Assembly: GCA_027623675.1 (NCBI GenBank)
Contig: JAQBVF010000031.1
Location: forward strand, 1 to 40,278
Direction of reading: 5' to 3'
Source: Chloroflexota bacterium
Lineage (GTDB): Bacteria > Chloroflexota > Dehalococcoidia > Lucifugimonadales > UBA3495
Length of the DNA: 40,278 nt
How positions within the stretch are numbered: position 1 is the stretch's first letter; every line of letters starts with the position of its first letter. This document shows, piece after piece, positions 28,422 to 37,794 of the stretch. The position numbers and the translations under genes were made by a program. The notes below the pieces were generated by a model, which saw only the letters and a list, made by a program, of their open reading frames with translations, ran no database searches and had not been told where the DNA came from.

Positions 28422-29198
28422 CTATCCGGACCGGTCTGGAGGCACGGCCACTTGGGGGACGCCCCCGAACCGTAGCCGCAGCAGGCCCTTTACGTCTTCC
28501 ATGGCCGTGCCGACGACGTTGACGGTGCTGGTTGGGTCGTCGTCCCATTTCACCGGCACGGAGGCGATCTTAAAGCCGCGTTTGTGGCCGATGATCAACA
28601 ACTCGGTATCGAAGAACCAGTTGTTGTTCTTGATGTGGGGCACGATGGCCTGGGCCACCCGCCGGGTCAGCGCCTTGAAGCCGCATTGGGCGTCGGGCAG
28701 GCCGGTGAAGAACATGGAGTTGATCAGCAGGTTGTATCCCCGGGAAACCACTTCCCGCTTGAACCGCCGAGTCACCTGCGAACCCCGGCTCAGCCTGCTG
28801 CCAACCGCGATGTGGCTGCCTGCCTCGATGGCCTGGACCAGCTGGGGGAAATGGGACAGGTCAGTGGAAAGATCGGCGTCCATGTAGCTGACTATGTCCG
28901 CATGGCTATCCAACCAGGCGGTCCGCAAAGCGCGGCCCCGGCCTTTCTGGGGGATGCGGAGATAGCCTACGCCTTCGTGCCGTTTGCAGAGCGCTTCCGA
29001 GATGGCGCGGGTGCTGTCGGATGAGGCGTTGTCGGCGATGACCACCTGCCAGGGGTTGGCCAGGTTGTCCCGCAGAAACCCGGTAAGGGCTGCGATGGTT
29101 GAGGGAAGTGCCTCTTCTTCGTTGTAAACGGGAATGATTATGTCAACCGTCGGCCCGCCGGGTTCCCAAGATCGCTGACCACTTGGATTGGCGTTCAT
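28422..29198 (-). CDS. GT2 glycosyltransferase, dolichyl/polyprenyl-phosphate glycosyltransferase-like
   Basis: IIPVYNEE, DNASSD, YMDADL, DAQCGFK, WFFDTELL. Confidence 0.9.
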   Translation of the reverse strand: MNANPSGQRSWEPGGPTVDIIIPVYNEEEALPSTIAALTGFLRDNLANPWQVVIADNASSDSTRAISEALCKRHEGVGYLRIPQKGRGRALRTAWLDSHADIVSYMDADLSTDLSHFPQLVQAIEAGSHIAVGSRLSRGSQVTRRFKREVVSRGYNLLINSMFFTGLPDAQCGFKALTRRVAQAIVPHIKNNNWFFDTELLIIGHKRGFKIASVPVKWDDDPTSTVNVVGTAMEDVKGLLRLRFGGVPQVAVPPDRSG

Positions 29199-29286
29199 CT
29201 CACTTACCTTTGAACACATCCCGCGCCAGATTACAGCCGGTTCTCACAACGGCCCTTTCAGCAACGGCCCATTTGGGCGAGACGGC

Positions 29287-30825
29287 CTAATGCCGGAAGT
29301 GCCTGACGCCGGTAAAGACCATGGCCATTCCGGCATTGTCGGCGGCGGCGATCACCTCGTCGTCACGGATGGACCCCCCCGGCTGCACGATGGCGGTTAT
29401 CCCAGCTTCGGCGGCCAGTTCGATGTTGTCGGCGAAGGGGAAGAACGCGTCCGAGGCCAGCACCGACCCCTTGGCCTTGTCGCCCGCGCTGCGCTGGGAG
29501 AGATGCACGCTGACCACCCGGTTCGGCTGTCCGGCGCCCATGCCCATCAGCGCCAGGCCCTTGGCGAAAACGATGGCGTTGGACTTGATGTGCTTGGCTG
29601 CCTTCCAGGCGAAGGCCAGGTCCTTCATCTCGGCGTCGGTGGGCGCGCGCTTGGTGGCGGTGGTCCAGGTGGCCGGGTCCTCGGGCATGACATCCGGGTC
29701 CTGAACCAAGATTCCCCCGCTGATCGGCCGCAGGTCGTATCCGGCCGATTCCGGCTGCTTGTCGATGACCAGGATGCGCAGGTTTCGTTTCTTCTGCAGT
29801 ATCTCCAGCGCGGCCGGTTCGTAGCTGGGGGCGATCACGACCTCGTAGAACACAGGTTCCATGGCCTCGGCGGCGGCGGCGGTTACCGGCCGGTTGAAGG
29901 CGACTATGCCGCCGAACGCGCTCACGGTATCGCCCTCGTAGGCGTCCAGATAGGCCTGGGCGATGTCGTCCCGGCTGGCCAGGCCGCAGGCATTGTTGTG
30001 CTTTACAACAGCCACGGTGGCGTCGGCGAAGTCCGACGCGGTGCGCCAGGCGGCGTCGGCGTCCATCAGATTGTTATAGGAAAGCTCCCGCCCGTGCAAT
30101 TGCCTAGCCCCGGCCATGCCGGCCAGTTCCCCACTGGGGGCGTAGAGCGCACCGCTCTGGTGGGGGTTCTCGCCGTAGCGAAGACCGGCCACTTTGTTCA
30201 GCGAGATGGTCAGCTTCTGGGGCAGCCCGTTGGCTTGACCCTCCTCGCCTTCCTTCTCCAACAGGTAGGCCGTCACGGCGGCGTCGTAGGTGGAGACGTG
30301 GTCGAACGCCTTGGCGGCCAGCCCCCGGCGGTCTTCAATGGTCAGACCGTCTCCCGTCAGTTTCTCGCCAACCCAGCCGTAGTCGGCGGGGTCGACCACC
30401 ACGGCCACCGACGGAAAGTTCTTGGCCGCGGCGCGCAGCATGGTCGGGCCGCCGATGTCGATGTTTTCCAGGGCGTCGGCCAGCGTAACGCCGGGCTTGC
30501 TGATGGTCTCGACAAATGGGTATAGGTTCACCGCCACCAAATCGATCGTGTCGATCCCTTGGCTCTTCAATTCGGCCATGTGCTCCGTGGAATCCCTCCG
30601 GGCCAGCAGTCCGGCGTAGATGATGGGGTGGAGGGTCTTCACCCGGCCTTCCAGTATCTCCGGCGACCCGGTGACCTCCGCGACCTGCTTCACGGGCAGT
30701 CCGCCCTCTTCGGACAGCGTGCGGTGGGTGCCGCCGGTGCTGATCAGCTCGAGTCCGGCCGACGCCGCCTGGCGGGCGAATTCCACTATTCCGGTCTTGT
30801 CATAGACGCTGAGCAGAGCTTTCAA
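29287..30825 (-). CDS. purH: Bifunctional AICAR transformylase/IMP cyclohydrolase
   Basis: ALLSVYDK, GRVKTLHP, LRYGENPHQ, KSNAI, ASDAFFPF, RHFRH. Confidence 0.98.
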   Translation of the reverse strand: MKALLSVYDKTGIVEFARQAASAGLELISTGGTHRTLSEEGGLPVKQVAEVTGSPEILEGRVKTLHPIIYAGLLARRDSTEHMAELKSQGIDTIDLVAVNLYPFVETISKPGVTLADALENIDIGGPTMLRAAAKNFPSVAVVVDPADYGWVGEKLTGDGLTIEDRRGLAAKAFDHVSTYDAAVTAYLLEKEGEEGQANGLPQKLTISLNKVAGLRYGENPHQSGALYAPSGELAGMAGARQLHGRELSYNNLMDADAAWRTASDFADATVAVVKHNNACGLASRDDIAQAYLDAYEGDTVSAFGGIVAFNRPVTAAAAEAMEPVFYEVVIAPSYEPAALEILQKKRNLRILVIDKQPESAGYDLRPISGGILVQDPDVMPEDPATWTTATKRAPTDAEMKDLAFAWKAAKHIKSNAIVFAKGLALMGMGAGQPNRVVSVHLSQRSAGDKAKGSVLASDAFFPFADNIELAAEAGITAIVQPGGSIRDDEVIAAADNAGMAMVFTGVRHFRH

Positions 30826-30930
30826 ATTCTCTCCGTCTGTATTTACGTTTGAGTTTTGCGGTCGAGGTTAAATCATCAATCGGCTGAGGAATACCCTGCG
30901 GCTGCCAACTGATGGCTGACGGCTAACGCC

Positions 30931-31950
30931 TTACCCGCGGAAGACAACCTGTTCGCCGTCTCCTCTGGCAATCATCTTTCCGATGACGACGGCGTCGGGC
31001 AGGATTTCCAGGATCTTGGGTACGTTTTCCTCGGGGCAGACGGCCACCATGCCCAGGCCCATGTTGAACACCCGGTACATCTCTAGGTCGCTGATCCCGC
31101 CTTCCTTCTGTATCACCTGAAAGATGGGAAGCACCGGCCAGGAGCCGCTTTGTATCTCGGCCGCGAGGTCGTCGGGCAGTATGGCGGGCAGTTTGCCGGG
31201 CAGGCCTCCTCCGGTGATGTGGGCCAGGCCGTTTATCAGTCCCAACACCGGCGCCATCAGGGGATAGTAGCTGCGGTGCGCTATCAGCAGCTCTTCTCCC
31301 AATCGGTGGTGCAGGCCGTCAAATCGCCGGTGCAGCACGCTGGGGTTGTCGTCGGTCCCGAATACCTGGCGCACCAGCGAGAACCCGTTGGTGTGCAGGC
31401 CGCTGGATGGCACGCCGACCAACACGTTGCCGGCCTTGATGTTTCGGGATTCCAGGAGGTCGTCCCGTTCCACCGCGCCGACCACAAACCCGGCCAGGTC
31501 CATATCGCCGCCGGAGTAGACCTGGGGCATCTGTGCGGTCTCGCCGCCGATCAATGCGCAACCGACCTCCCGGCAGCCCCACGCGATGCCGCGCATCAGG
31601 GTGTCCATCCGCTGGGTGTCCAGGTTGCTGAAGGCGATGTAGTCCAGGAAGAACAGGGGTTTGGCGCCCCGGGTGAGAACGTCGTTGACGTTCAGGGTGA
31701 CCAGGTCTTGGCCCACCGATTCAAAGTGGCCCAGTTGGGCCGCGATCTTAATCTTGGTGCCCACGCCGTCGGTGCTGGCCACCAGGACCGGCTGCCGGTA
31801 ACCCGCTAGCTGGTAGAGACCGGCAAAGCTTCCGGAACTGTCCAGTACCTCCGGGCCATGAGTGCTGGCGGCGAATCCCTTGATCCGCTCCTTCAGGCCA
31901 TCCATCTGGTCCAGGTCAACACCAGATTGCCGGTACGCTTCACTTGCCAA
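30931..31950 (-). CDS. purM: Phosphoribosylaminoimidazole synthetase
   Basis: TDGVGTK, GGETAQMP, SSGLHTNG, HITGGG, FNMGLG; TTG start behind AGGAG. Confidence 0.96.
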   Translation of the reverse strand: MASEAYRQSGVDLDQMDGLKERIKGFAASTHGPEVLDSSGSFAGLYQLAGYRQPVLVASTDGVGTKIKIAAQLGHFESVGQDLVTLNVNDVLTRGAKPLFFLDYIAFSNLDTQRMDTLMRGIAWGCREVGCALIGGETAQMPQVYSGGDMDLAGFVVGAVERDDLLESRNIKAGNVLVGVPSSGLHTNGFSLVRQVFGTDDNPSVLHRRFDGLHHRLGEELLIAHRSYYPLMAPVLGLINGLAHITGGGLPGKLPAILPDDLAAEIQSGSWPVLPIFQVIQKEGGISDLEMYRVFNMGLGMVAVCPEENVPKILEILPDAVVIGKMIARGDGEQVVFRG

Positions 31951-32130
31951 TTTGAGGCTCCTCCCGTTCCCATCCGCCCAGCGGCAGGCCAATTCTGAGT
32001 CCCAACGCTTGCCGGTGATTGCCGCTGTAAAAGGTTAATTCACGGCGTGCGCGATGACAAGGGGCAACCAGTGATAGAAAGCTTGCAGGGGAGCCGGTGG
32101 GCAGGGCGATGCAGGGTGATAACGACAGCG

Positions 32131-33585
32131 CTAATCGGACCCTTGAACGCCATGGTCCAGACTGAATTTGGTCAGTTCCAACTGGACGGGCACCGGGTAG
32201 TTGCCGGTGAAACAGGCGTCGCAGAATCCGCCATCCGTGCCGCCCACAACTTTCAGCAGGCCCTCAACGCTGAGATAGCCCAACGAGTCGGCGTTCACCA
32301 AGGTGCGTATCTCGGCCAGAGTCTTATTGGCGGCCAGCAGTTCGTCGCGGGAGGCCATGTCCACACCCATGAAACACGGATGCTTGATCGGAGGCGCGCA
32401 GACCCGCATGTGCACCTCTTTGGCGCCGCCCTTCCGCAGCAGGCTCACCACATGGGGCGTGGTGGTGCCGCGGACGATGCTGTCGTCGACAACAACCAGA
32501 CGCTTGCCCTGGATAACTTCCACCAGCGGGTTGAACTTCTGGCGCACGCCCAGGTCGCGGAGACGCTGCTCCGGCTCGATGAAGGTTCGTCCGACGTAGC
32601 GGTTCTTGACCAACCCTTCGCTGAACGGGATGCCCGATTCCTGGGCGTAACCCACCGCGGCGGCGGTCGATGAGTCGGGTATCCCTATGACCAGGTCGGC
32701 TTCCACCGGATGCTCGCGGGCCAATTGGGCGCCCAATTGCTGGCGGACCAAGTGGACCAGATGACCGTCCATGACGCTGTCGGGGCGGGCGAAGTAGATC
32801 AGTTCAAACACGCAGAGGGAGCGGCGCCCGGTCCGGCCCGACCAGGTTTCGGTGTGCAGGCCATTGGCGTCGATGGTGATGACCTCGCCGGGTTCCAATT
32901 CCCTGAGGTATTCGGCCCCAAGGTGGTCCAGCGCGCAGGACTCAGAGGCTACGACCCAGCCGCCGTTCAGCTTGCCCAAGCAGAGGGGCCGGATGCCCAA
33001 CGGGTCGCGGGCGGCGATCAACGTGTCTTTGGTCTGGGCCACTATGGAGTAGGCGCCCTCTAATTGACGCATACATTGGAAGACGCGTTCCGCCCAGGTT
33101 GAGCCGGTGGAGTTGGCCAGCATGTAGCCGATCACTTCGGTGTCGGTGGTGGAGGAGAAGGAACAGTTCCACTCGTCTTGGAGTTGCTCTTTCAATTGGA
33201 GTGCGTTGATGATGTTGCCATTGTTGGCAACGGCGATCTGGCCGTAGTGGCCGTCAACCAAAAGGGGTTGTGCGTTGCAGAGCTCGCTGGTGCCGGTGGT
33301 GGAATACCTGGTGTGCCCAATGGCCATGTCGCCGGCCAGGGGATAGAAGTCGGGTTCCCTGAATATCTGGGTGACCAGGCCCATATCGGCATGGACCACC
33401 ACATTCTTACCGTTGGCGGCGGCGATGCCAGCGCTTTCCTGCCCGCGGTGCTGCAAGGCGAATAGGCCGAAGAAGGCCAATCGGCTGGCCTCCCCTTCCG
33501 GGGTATATACGCCAATAACCCCGCACTCTTCGTTGGGGGTATCAAACGGGGCGCGACCGAAGGAAAAATCCAGCTCGCTACTCAC
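32131..33585 (-). CDS. purF: Amidophosphoribosyltransferase
   Basis: EECG propeptide junction, LQHRGQE, GHTRYST, VDDSIVRGTT, CDACF. Confidence 0.98.
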   Translation of the reverse strand: MSSELDFSFGRAPFDTPNEECGVIGVYTPEGEASRLAFFGLFALQHRGQESAGIAAANGKNVVVHADMGLVTQIFREPDFYPLAGDMAIGHTRYSTTGTSELCNAQPLLVDGHYGQIAVANNGNIINALQLKEQLQDEWNCSFSSTTDTEVIGYMLANSTGSTWAERVFQCMRQLEGAYSIVAQTKDTLIAARDPLGIRPLCLGKLNGGWVVASESCALDHLGAEYLRELEPGEVITIDANGLHTETWSGRTGRRSLCVFELIYFARPDSVMDGHLVHLVRQQLGAQLAREHPVEADLVIGIPDSSTAAAVGYAQESGIPFSEGLVKNRYVGRTFIEPEQRLRDLGVRQKFNPLVEVIQGKRLVVVDDSIVRGTTTPHVVSLLRKGGAKEVHMRVCAPPIKHPCFMGVDMASRDELLAANKTLAEIRTLVNADSLGYLSVEGLLKVVGGTDGGFCDACFTGNYPVPVQLELTKFSLDHGVQGSD

Positions 33586-33591
33586 GATATC

Positions 33592-33621
33592 ATTTTATGT
33601 AATCCGGATTGTGGCAGTCAA
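33592..33621 (-). promoter_or_regulatory. Promoter of purF (probably leaderless)
   Basis: TTGACT-18bp-TAAAAT, 6 nt before the GTG start; no SD. Confidence 0.55.
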
Positions 33622-33822
33622 GATTGAGATATTCCGATTAGACGACTTTATCTAAAAGAATTTCCCGCGCCTTGGCGCGGCCATGTTTTGCCCGGTTAAA
33701 TCGCCCGGTTACGTCTGGGTATCAATAATGCCGCGAACCCTTCCCATTTAATAGCCGCAGAAGGGTCAATTTTCTGGCCTTTTAGTTCCCGTTACTTTGA
33801 CCTTGCCGTAGCTCCTCGGTGG

Positions 33823-34500
33823 TCAGTCGCGCTTCGGCATGACCATGACTTTGCGGTTATCGCCCTCGCCCGTGCTCTCGGTCGACACCGACGGGTGGTC
33901 CGAAAGGCTTGTATGTATGATACGCCTATCTGCCGGTGGCATGGGTTCCAGGGTGATGCCCCGTTGGGTCTGGGTGACCCTTTCGGCCACCTTGGCCGCC
34001 ATATCTCGCAGGGAACTTTCCCGGCGTTGCCGGTAATTCTCAACGTCCAACACCACTCGAACGCCGTCGAACTGTTTCCGGACGATCAGGTTGACCAGGA
34101 ACTGGAGGGCCTGGAGGGTTTGTCCCCGGCGGCCGATCAAGAGTCCCGAATCCTCGCCTTCCAGGTCGATGATTGGTCCGCCGGTCTCCGGGTCGCTGGC
34201 GGAGCGCAATGTCTTGGTCACGTTGACGCCGACCGCATCCAACAGGCGGGTCACGGTGGCGATGGCCACTCCGGCTGGGGTGGTCTCCCCGGTGGCGGTG
34301 GTGGGAACTCCGGCTTCGTTGCGGCCCTGGGATATCCTGGTGACGCGTACCCGGGCGACCTCCGAGCCGATGCCCAGGAAGCCGGTCTTGCCCCTACTTA
34401 GTATTTCTACCTCGGCCTCGTCGCGGTCGGCGTCGAGCTCTTTCAGCGCCAGCTCGATTGCTTCGTCGACGGTTCGGGCGCTCATTACTATTTCTTCCAT
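33823..34500 (-). CDS. jag: Jag/EloR/KhpB RNA-binding protein
   Basis: Jag_N (ARTVDEAIELAL), KH (LLIGRRGQTL), R3H (RRIIH). Confidence 0.96.
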   Translation of the reverse strand: MEEIVMSARTVDEAIELALKELDADRDEAEVEILSRGKTGFLGIGSEVARVRVTRISQGRNEAGVPTTATGETTPAGVAIATVTRLLDAVGVNVTKTLRSASDPETGGPIIDLEGEDSGLLIGRRGQTLQALQFLVNLIVRKQFDGVRVVLDVENYRQRRESSLRDMAAKVAERVTQTQRGITLEPMPPADRRIIHTSLSDHPSVSTESTGEGDNRKVMVMPKRD

Positions 34501-35323
34501 CTTCTACTATCTCCTCTTCTCGACCGTCTTTGGGTGGCCGGGCAGCTGCCACCGGCTCTGCTGCCGGCGTGGTTTTGGGGAATAGTGGGAACAGAGGTCC
34601 CCAGCCTCCGGTAACGAAATACTGGATTATGATGCCCATCGCATTTGATACTGTCCAATACAGGGCCAGACCGCTGGGCAGAGTGAACGAGAAGAATGCA
34701 ATCATCAGCGGCATCAACCACAGCATCATCGCCTGGTTGCCCGCCTGGCGCGGGTCGGTTGACGGCTGCATCGTCATCTTCTGCTGGACCCAGGTGGTCG
34801 CGAAGACCAACACCGGCATGATGATCTTGGTGGGGTCGGGTTCGGCCAGGTTCAGCCATAGGAACCCTGGGTCCAACGGCGCCGCCGTGAATATAGGCGC
34901 TATCGGGATCCAGGTGTACATCTTGTCCGACAGGCTAGTTAGGTTATCGGGACGTGAGAACACCACCTGAATCAAGACCCGGAACAGGCCGATCAGGATC
35001 GGCATCTGTACCACCATGGGACCCAAGCAGCCGAACGGACTTACCCCAGCCTCCTTGTACAACCGCATGGTTTCCTGAGACACCCGCGACCGGTCTCTGG
35101 CGTAACGGTCTTGGATCTCCTTCAGCTTGGGCTGAAGCGCGCTCATGGCCCGCATCTGCTTGAGCTGCTTCAGCGTCAACGGCAGCGTGATTATCCGTAT
35201 GAAAGCGGTTAAGACTATGATCGCCAAGCCCATTTGACTGAACAGAAGGGTGTAGAGCACCACCAGGCTGTTGAGCATGGGCCGGATTATCACTTCGGTC
35301 CAAAGGAATGAAATGGCCTCCAA
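34394..35323 (-). CDS. yidC: Membrane protein insertase YidC (short form, no large periplasmic domain)
   Basis: LQPKLKEIQ, LYKEAGVSP.GCL, QMPI, LPSGLALYW; basic C-tail overlaps jag. Confidence 0.95.
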   Translation of the reverse strand: MEAISFLWTEVIIRPMLNSLVVLYTLLFSQMGLAIIVLTAFIRIITLPLTLKQLKQMRAMSALQPKLKEIQDRYARDRSRVSQETMRLYKEAGVSPFGCLGPMVVQMPILIGLFRVLIQVVFSRPDNLTSLSDKMYTWIPIAPIFTAAPLDPGFLWLNLAEPDPTKIIMPVLVFATTWVQQKMTMQPSTDPRQAGNQAMMLWLMPLMIAFFSFTLPSGLALYWTVSNAMGIIIQYFVTGGWGPLFPLFPKTTPAAEPVAAARPPKDGREEEIVEDGRNSNERPNRRRSNRAGAERARRRPRRGRGRNTK

Positions 35324-35388
35324 AGAGTCCTACCTCGCTGCCGCCATCGGCTGTTGCATAGCCGGTGGCCGTACATTTTCTTCTTGCA

Positions 35389-36537
35389 TCATCGGTTGTC
35401 GCATGAACCGTTCCGTGTGTGCAGGCACCAAACGACCCGCTGGCCGCCTTCGATCCGGACCCGCCTGACCGTTCTGTCTTGTGAGCCCACGTATACCGAA
35501 TCACCCTGAACGACCAAGGGGGCCTTGATATCGGCGTCGCCCAGTTTCGTGTTGAACAACTCGCGTTGGAGCCCCAGGTTCTGAGGAGCCGTATCAAGCA
35601 ATATGAGCCTGCCGTCTTCTGCAGCCACCACCAATCCGGCGGGCACCAGAACCGGCGGAGACACTATGGACTCCCCGATGTTTTGCTTCCACAGCAGGGC
35701 GCCATTCTTGTCAAGGGCGTAGATGTTGCCGTCCATGTTGGGAGCGAAGATGGTCCGTCCGTCGGTGACCGCTCCCGCCCAGAACCATTTGTCGGCCTCA
35801 AAGGTCCACACCACGCTGCCGTCGACGGCAGACAGGGCATAGAGCTTTTTATCGAACGAGCCGGCGATAACCTTGCCGTCAAACACCAACGGTTTTCCGG
35901 CGACCACGCCGCCGGTCACGTATTGCCAGAGTTTTTTGCCGTCGTTCAGCGTTATCGCGTATATCTTTCTGTCGTGGGAACCGAAGTAGCCGATGCCGTT
36001 ATCCACCGCAACGGTGGACCAGATGCTGCCACCGGTCACAAAGGGCTTCCAGGCTTCGTCCCCTGACTTGGCGTTGTAGGCGTAGACCGAACCATCTTCC
36101 GACGGGGCCAAGATGATCTCGTTCGTGGGGTCATAGGAAGGTCCCGCGATCAAGGGGCTAATCTCTGCGGTCAGGCCTTGGGAACTGCGCCAGCCACCGT
36201 CAAGCAGGCTGCCGGTGTTCTTGTTGAGGGCGTAGAGAAACCCGTCCGCCGCGCTCACGTATACCAGATCGCCCACGACCAAAGGGGTGTTGTACACCCC
36301 GCCGATGTCGTTTTGGTTTGCGCCCGCGCTGGGGAACGTCCAGCTTTCGCGGAGGCCGCCGCCACCGCTGTCGACGATGGCTTTCACTTCGCCGTCTTTG
36401 GTGCCGATGTATACCATATCGCCGCTGACCGCCGGGGGGTTCCAGCCGGTGTCATCAGACCCGATGTTTCCGGTGCAAGCGGCGAGCAGGGGCAACAGGA
36501 CCAAGGCGCAGAGAACGAGTAATCGCAGGTTGAGCAT
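35389..36537 (-). CDS. PQQ-type/BamB-like beta-propeller lipoprotein
   Basis: Lipobox LAAC after MLNLR; repeated P.V..G.VY.G..DG.LYAL...G...W blades; start moved to ATG 36537. Confidence 0.88.
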   Translation of the reverse strand: MLNLRLLVLCALVLLPLLAACTGNIGSDDTGWNPPAVSGDMVYIGTKDGEVKAIVDSGGGGLRESWTFPSAGANQNDIGGVYNTPLVVGDLVYVSAADGFLYALNKNTGSLLDGGWRSSQGLTAEISPLIAGPSYDPTNEIILAPSEDGSVYAYNAKSGDEAWKPFVTGGSIWSTVAVDNGIGYFGSHDRKIYAITLNDGKKLWQYVTGGVVAGKPLVFDGKVIAGSFDKKLYALSAVDGSVVWTFEADKWFWAGAVTDGRTIFAPNMDGNIYALDKNGALLWKQNIGESIVSPPVLVPAGLVVAAEDGRLILLDTAPQNLGLQRELFNTKLGDADIKAPLVVQGDSVYVGSQDRTVRRVRIEGGQRVVWCLHTRNGSCDNR

Positions 36538-36764
36538 GTGCCCACGACTAGAGGTCGTCGCCGGCCGAGCCGTGTGCTGAGGGTCTCCGGCCGGTGAACT
36601 GCGGTTAACCGCGAAGATTCGGGTGATGGACCGGAGCGACCCCCGATTGGAGTTGATTCCGGAAGGGGTGGATTTTTGATCGCCGAATGGTTGAAAGATT
36701 ATATGTCTCAATAGATGGTTAAGTGTTCTCGCCGCGCGGACCCGCATTCTCCAGATTGGCGTTA

Positions 36765-36974
36765 TCACGGTACGGGATCGTAACCCTGGCCGCCAAGGGG
36801 ACGGCATCGCCCCAGCCGTCTTGCGCCCAGCCAGACACCCTTCAAGACCCCGTACTTCTGCACCGCCTCCTGGGAATAATGCGAGCAGGTTGGGTAGAAT
36901 CGGCAAGACGTGGGCAGCAAGGGTGACAGAGTCCGTTGATAGACCCAGATCACGGCAAGCACGGCAAACTTCAT
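36765..36974 (-). CDS. yidD: Membrane protein insertion efficiency factor YidD
   Basis: YQ..LSP...[14 protein letters not shown]...GYDPVP. Confidence 0.96.
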   Translation of the reverse strand: MKFAVLAVIWVYQRTLSPLLPTSCRFYPTCSHYSQEAVQKYGVLKGVWLGARRLGRCRPLGGQGYDPVP

Positions 36975-37045
36975 TGATGAAGGTCCATCGGCGATAGGTT
37001 CCGTTCAGCGATCCGTCAGCCATCCCGCGCGCGGTCCGATGCTGT

Positions 37046-37426
37046 CTAAGCTGAAGGCTGGTCCACGGTCGGCCCTGGACCGGTGGGCTGTGGACTTTCG
37101 TCCACCAATCTGGCACGCCTCAGCAGGTTGTCCGTCGCGTCCTTCAGTTCTTGGTACTTGGCGCTGCCAGCGCCCCGGCGAACGATGAACAAGGCGTCCC
37201 AGCCGTCCTTCACGGAGTTCAGCCGGACCGCTTCCCGCAGCCGCCGTTTCACTTTGTTCCTTACGGCCGCGTTGCCGATCCGCTTGCTGACCAGGAATCC
37301 AAACCGGCTGCAGTCGGTGCCATTGGCCAGGTAGCGAATCACCAGCAGCCGATTGGCTGCGCTACCGCCCTCAACATGGATCTGCGAGAACCGTTTGCTG
37401 CCAGTTAACCGATGCCTTCGTTGCAT
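37046..37426 (-). CDS. rnpA: Ribonuclease P protein component
   Basis: RFGFLVSKRIGNAAVRNKVKRRLRE. Confidence 0.96.
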   Translation of the reverse strand: MQRRHRLTGSKRFSQIHVEGGSAANRLLVIRYLANGTDCSRFGFLVSKRIGNAAVRNKVKRRLREAVRLNSVKDGWDALFIVRRGAGSAKYQELKDATDNLLRRARLVDESPQPTGPGPTVDQPSA

Positions 37427-37501
37427 TATCAGTGCATTGCTAGGGCATTACTGGGATGCTACCGGCCGAAGCCGATAGACCACATGGCCGGTCACAAGTG
37501 G

Positions 37502-37639
37502 CTATACGGTCAACTTGTGGCGGCCCTTGAACCGCCGCCTTTTTAGGACCGCACGCCCGTCAGAGGTGCTTGAGCGTTGTCGAAAGCCGTGAACGCGAAA
37601 CCTGCGTCGTTTCTTTGGTTGGTAGGTACGTTTAGGCAC
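37502..37639 (-). CDS. rpmH: 50S ribosomal protein L34
   Basis: [21 protein letters not shown]...GR.VLKRRR.KGR; GTG start behind AAGGA. Confidence 0.97.
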   Translation of the reverse strand: MPKRTYQPKKRRRFRVHGFRQRSSTSDGRAVLKRRRFKGRHKLTV

Positions 37640-37664
37640 AGAAATACATCCTTTACTGCGGAGA

Positions 37665-37693
37665 ATTATAGGCGTGACGAAATTAGCCGTCAA
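37665..37693 (-). promoter_or_regulatory. Promoter of the rpmH operon
   Basis: TTGACG-17bp-TATAAT. Confidence 0.8.
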
Positions 37694-37794
37694 GGATTGA
37701 TCCGGCTGCTCTGCTCCGTATTTGGGCCGGTTTCCAGGTCTGGCGGGCGATCCGGCATCAATCATCGGACCGCCATCGGGCCGCCACAGGGATT

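Noticed and set aside
30826..30930. ZTP or purine riboswitch upstream of purH (also checked upstream of purF)
   Set aside because: No recognisable consensus elements on the minus strand
35999..36007. DnaA box / oriC
   Set aside because: Single mismatched TTATCCACC inside a coding region; no cluster
36538..37116. 575-aa N-terminally extended propeller ORF
   Set aside because: Extension overlaps yidD and rnpA; the lipoprotein signal starts at 36537
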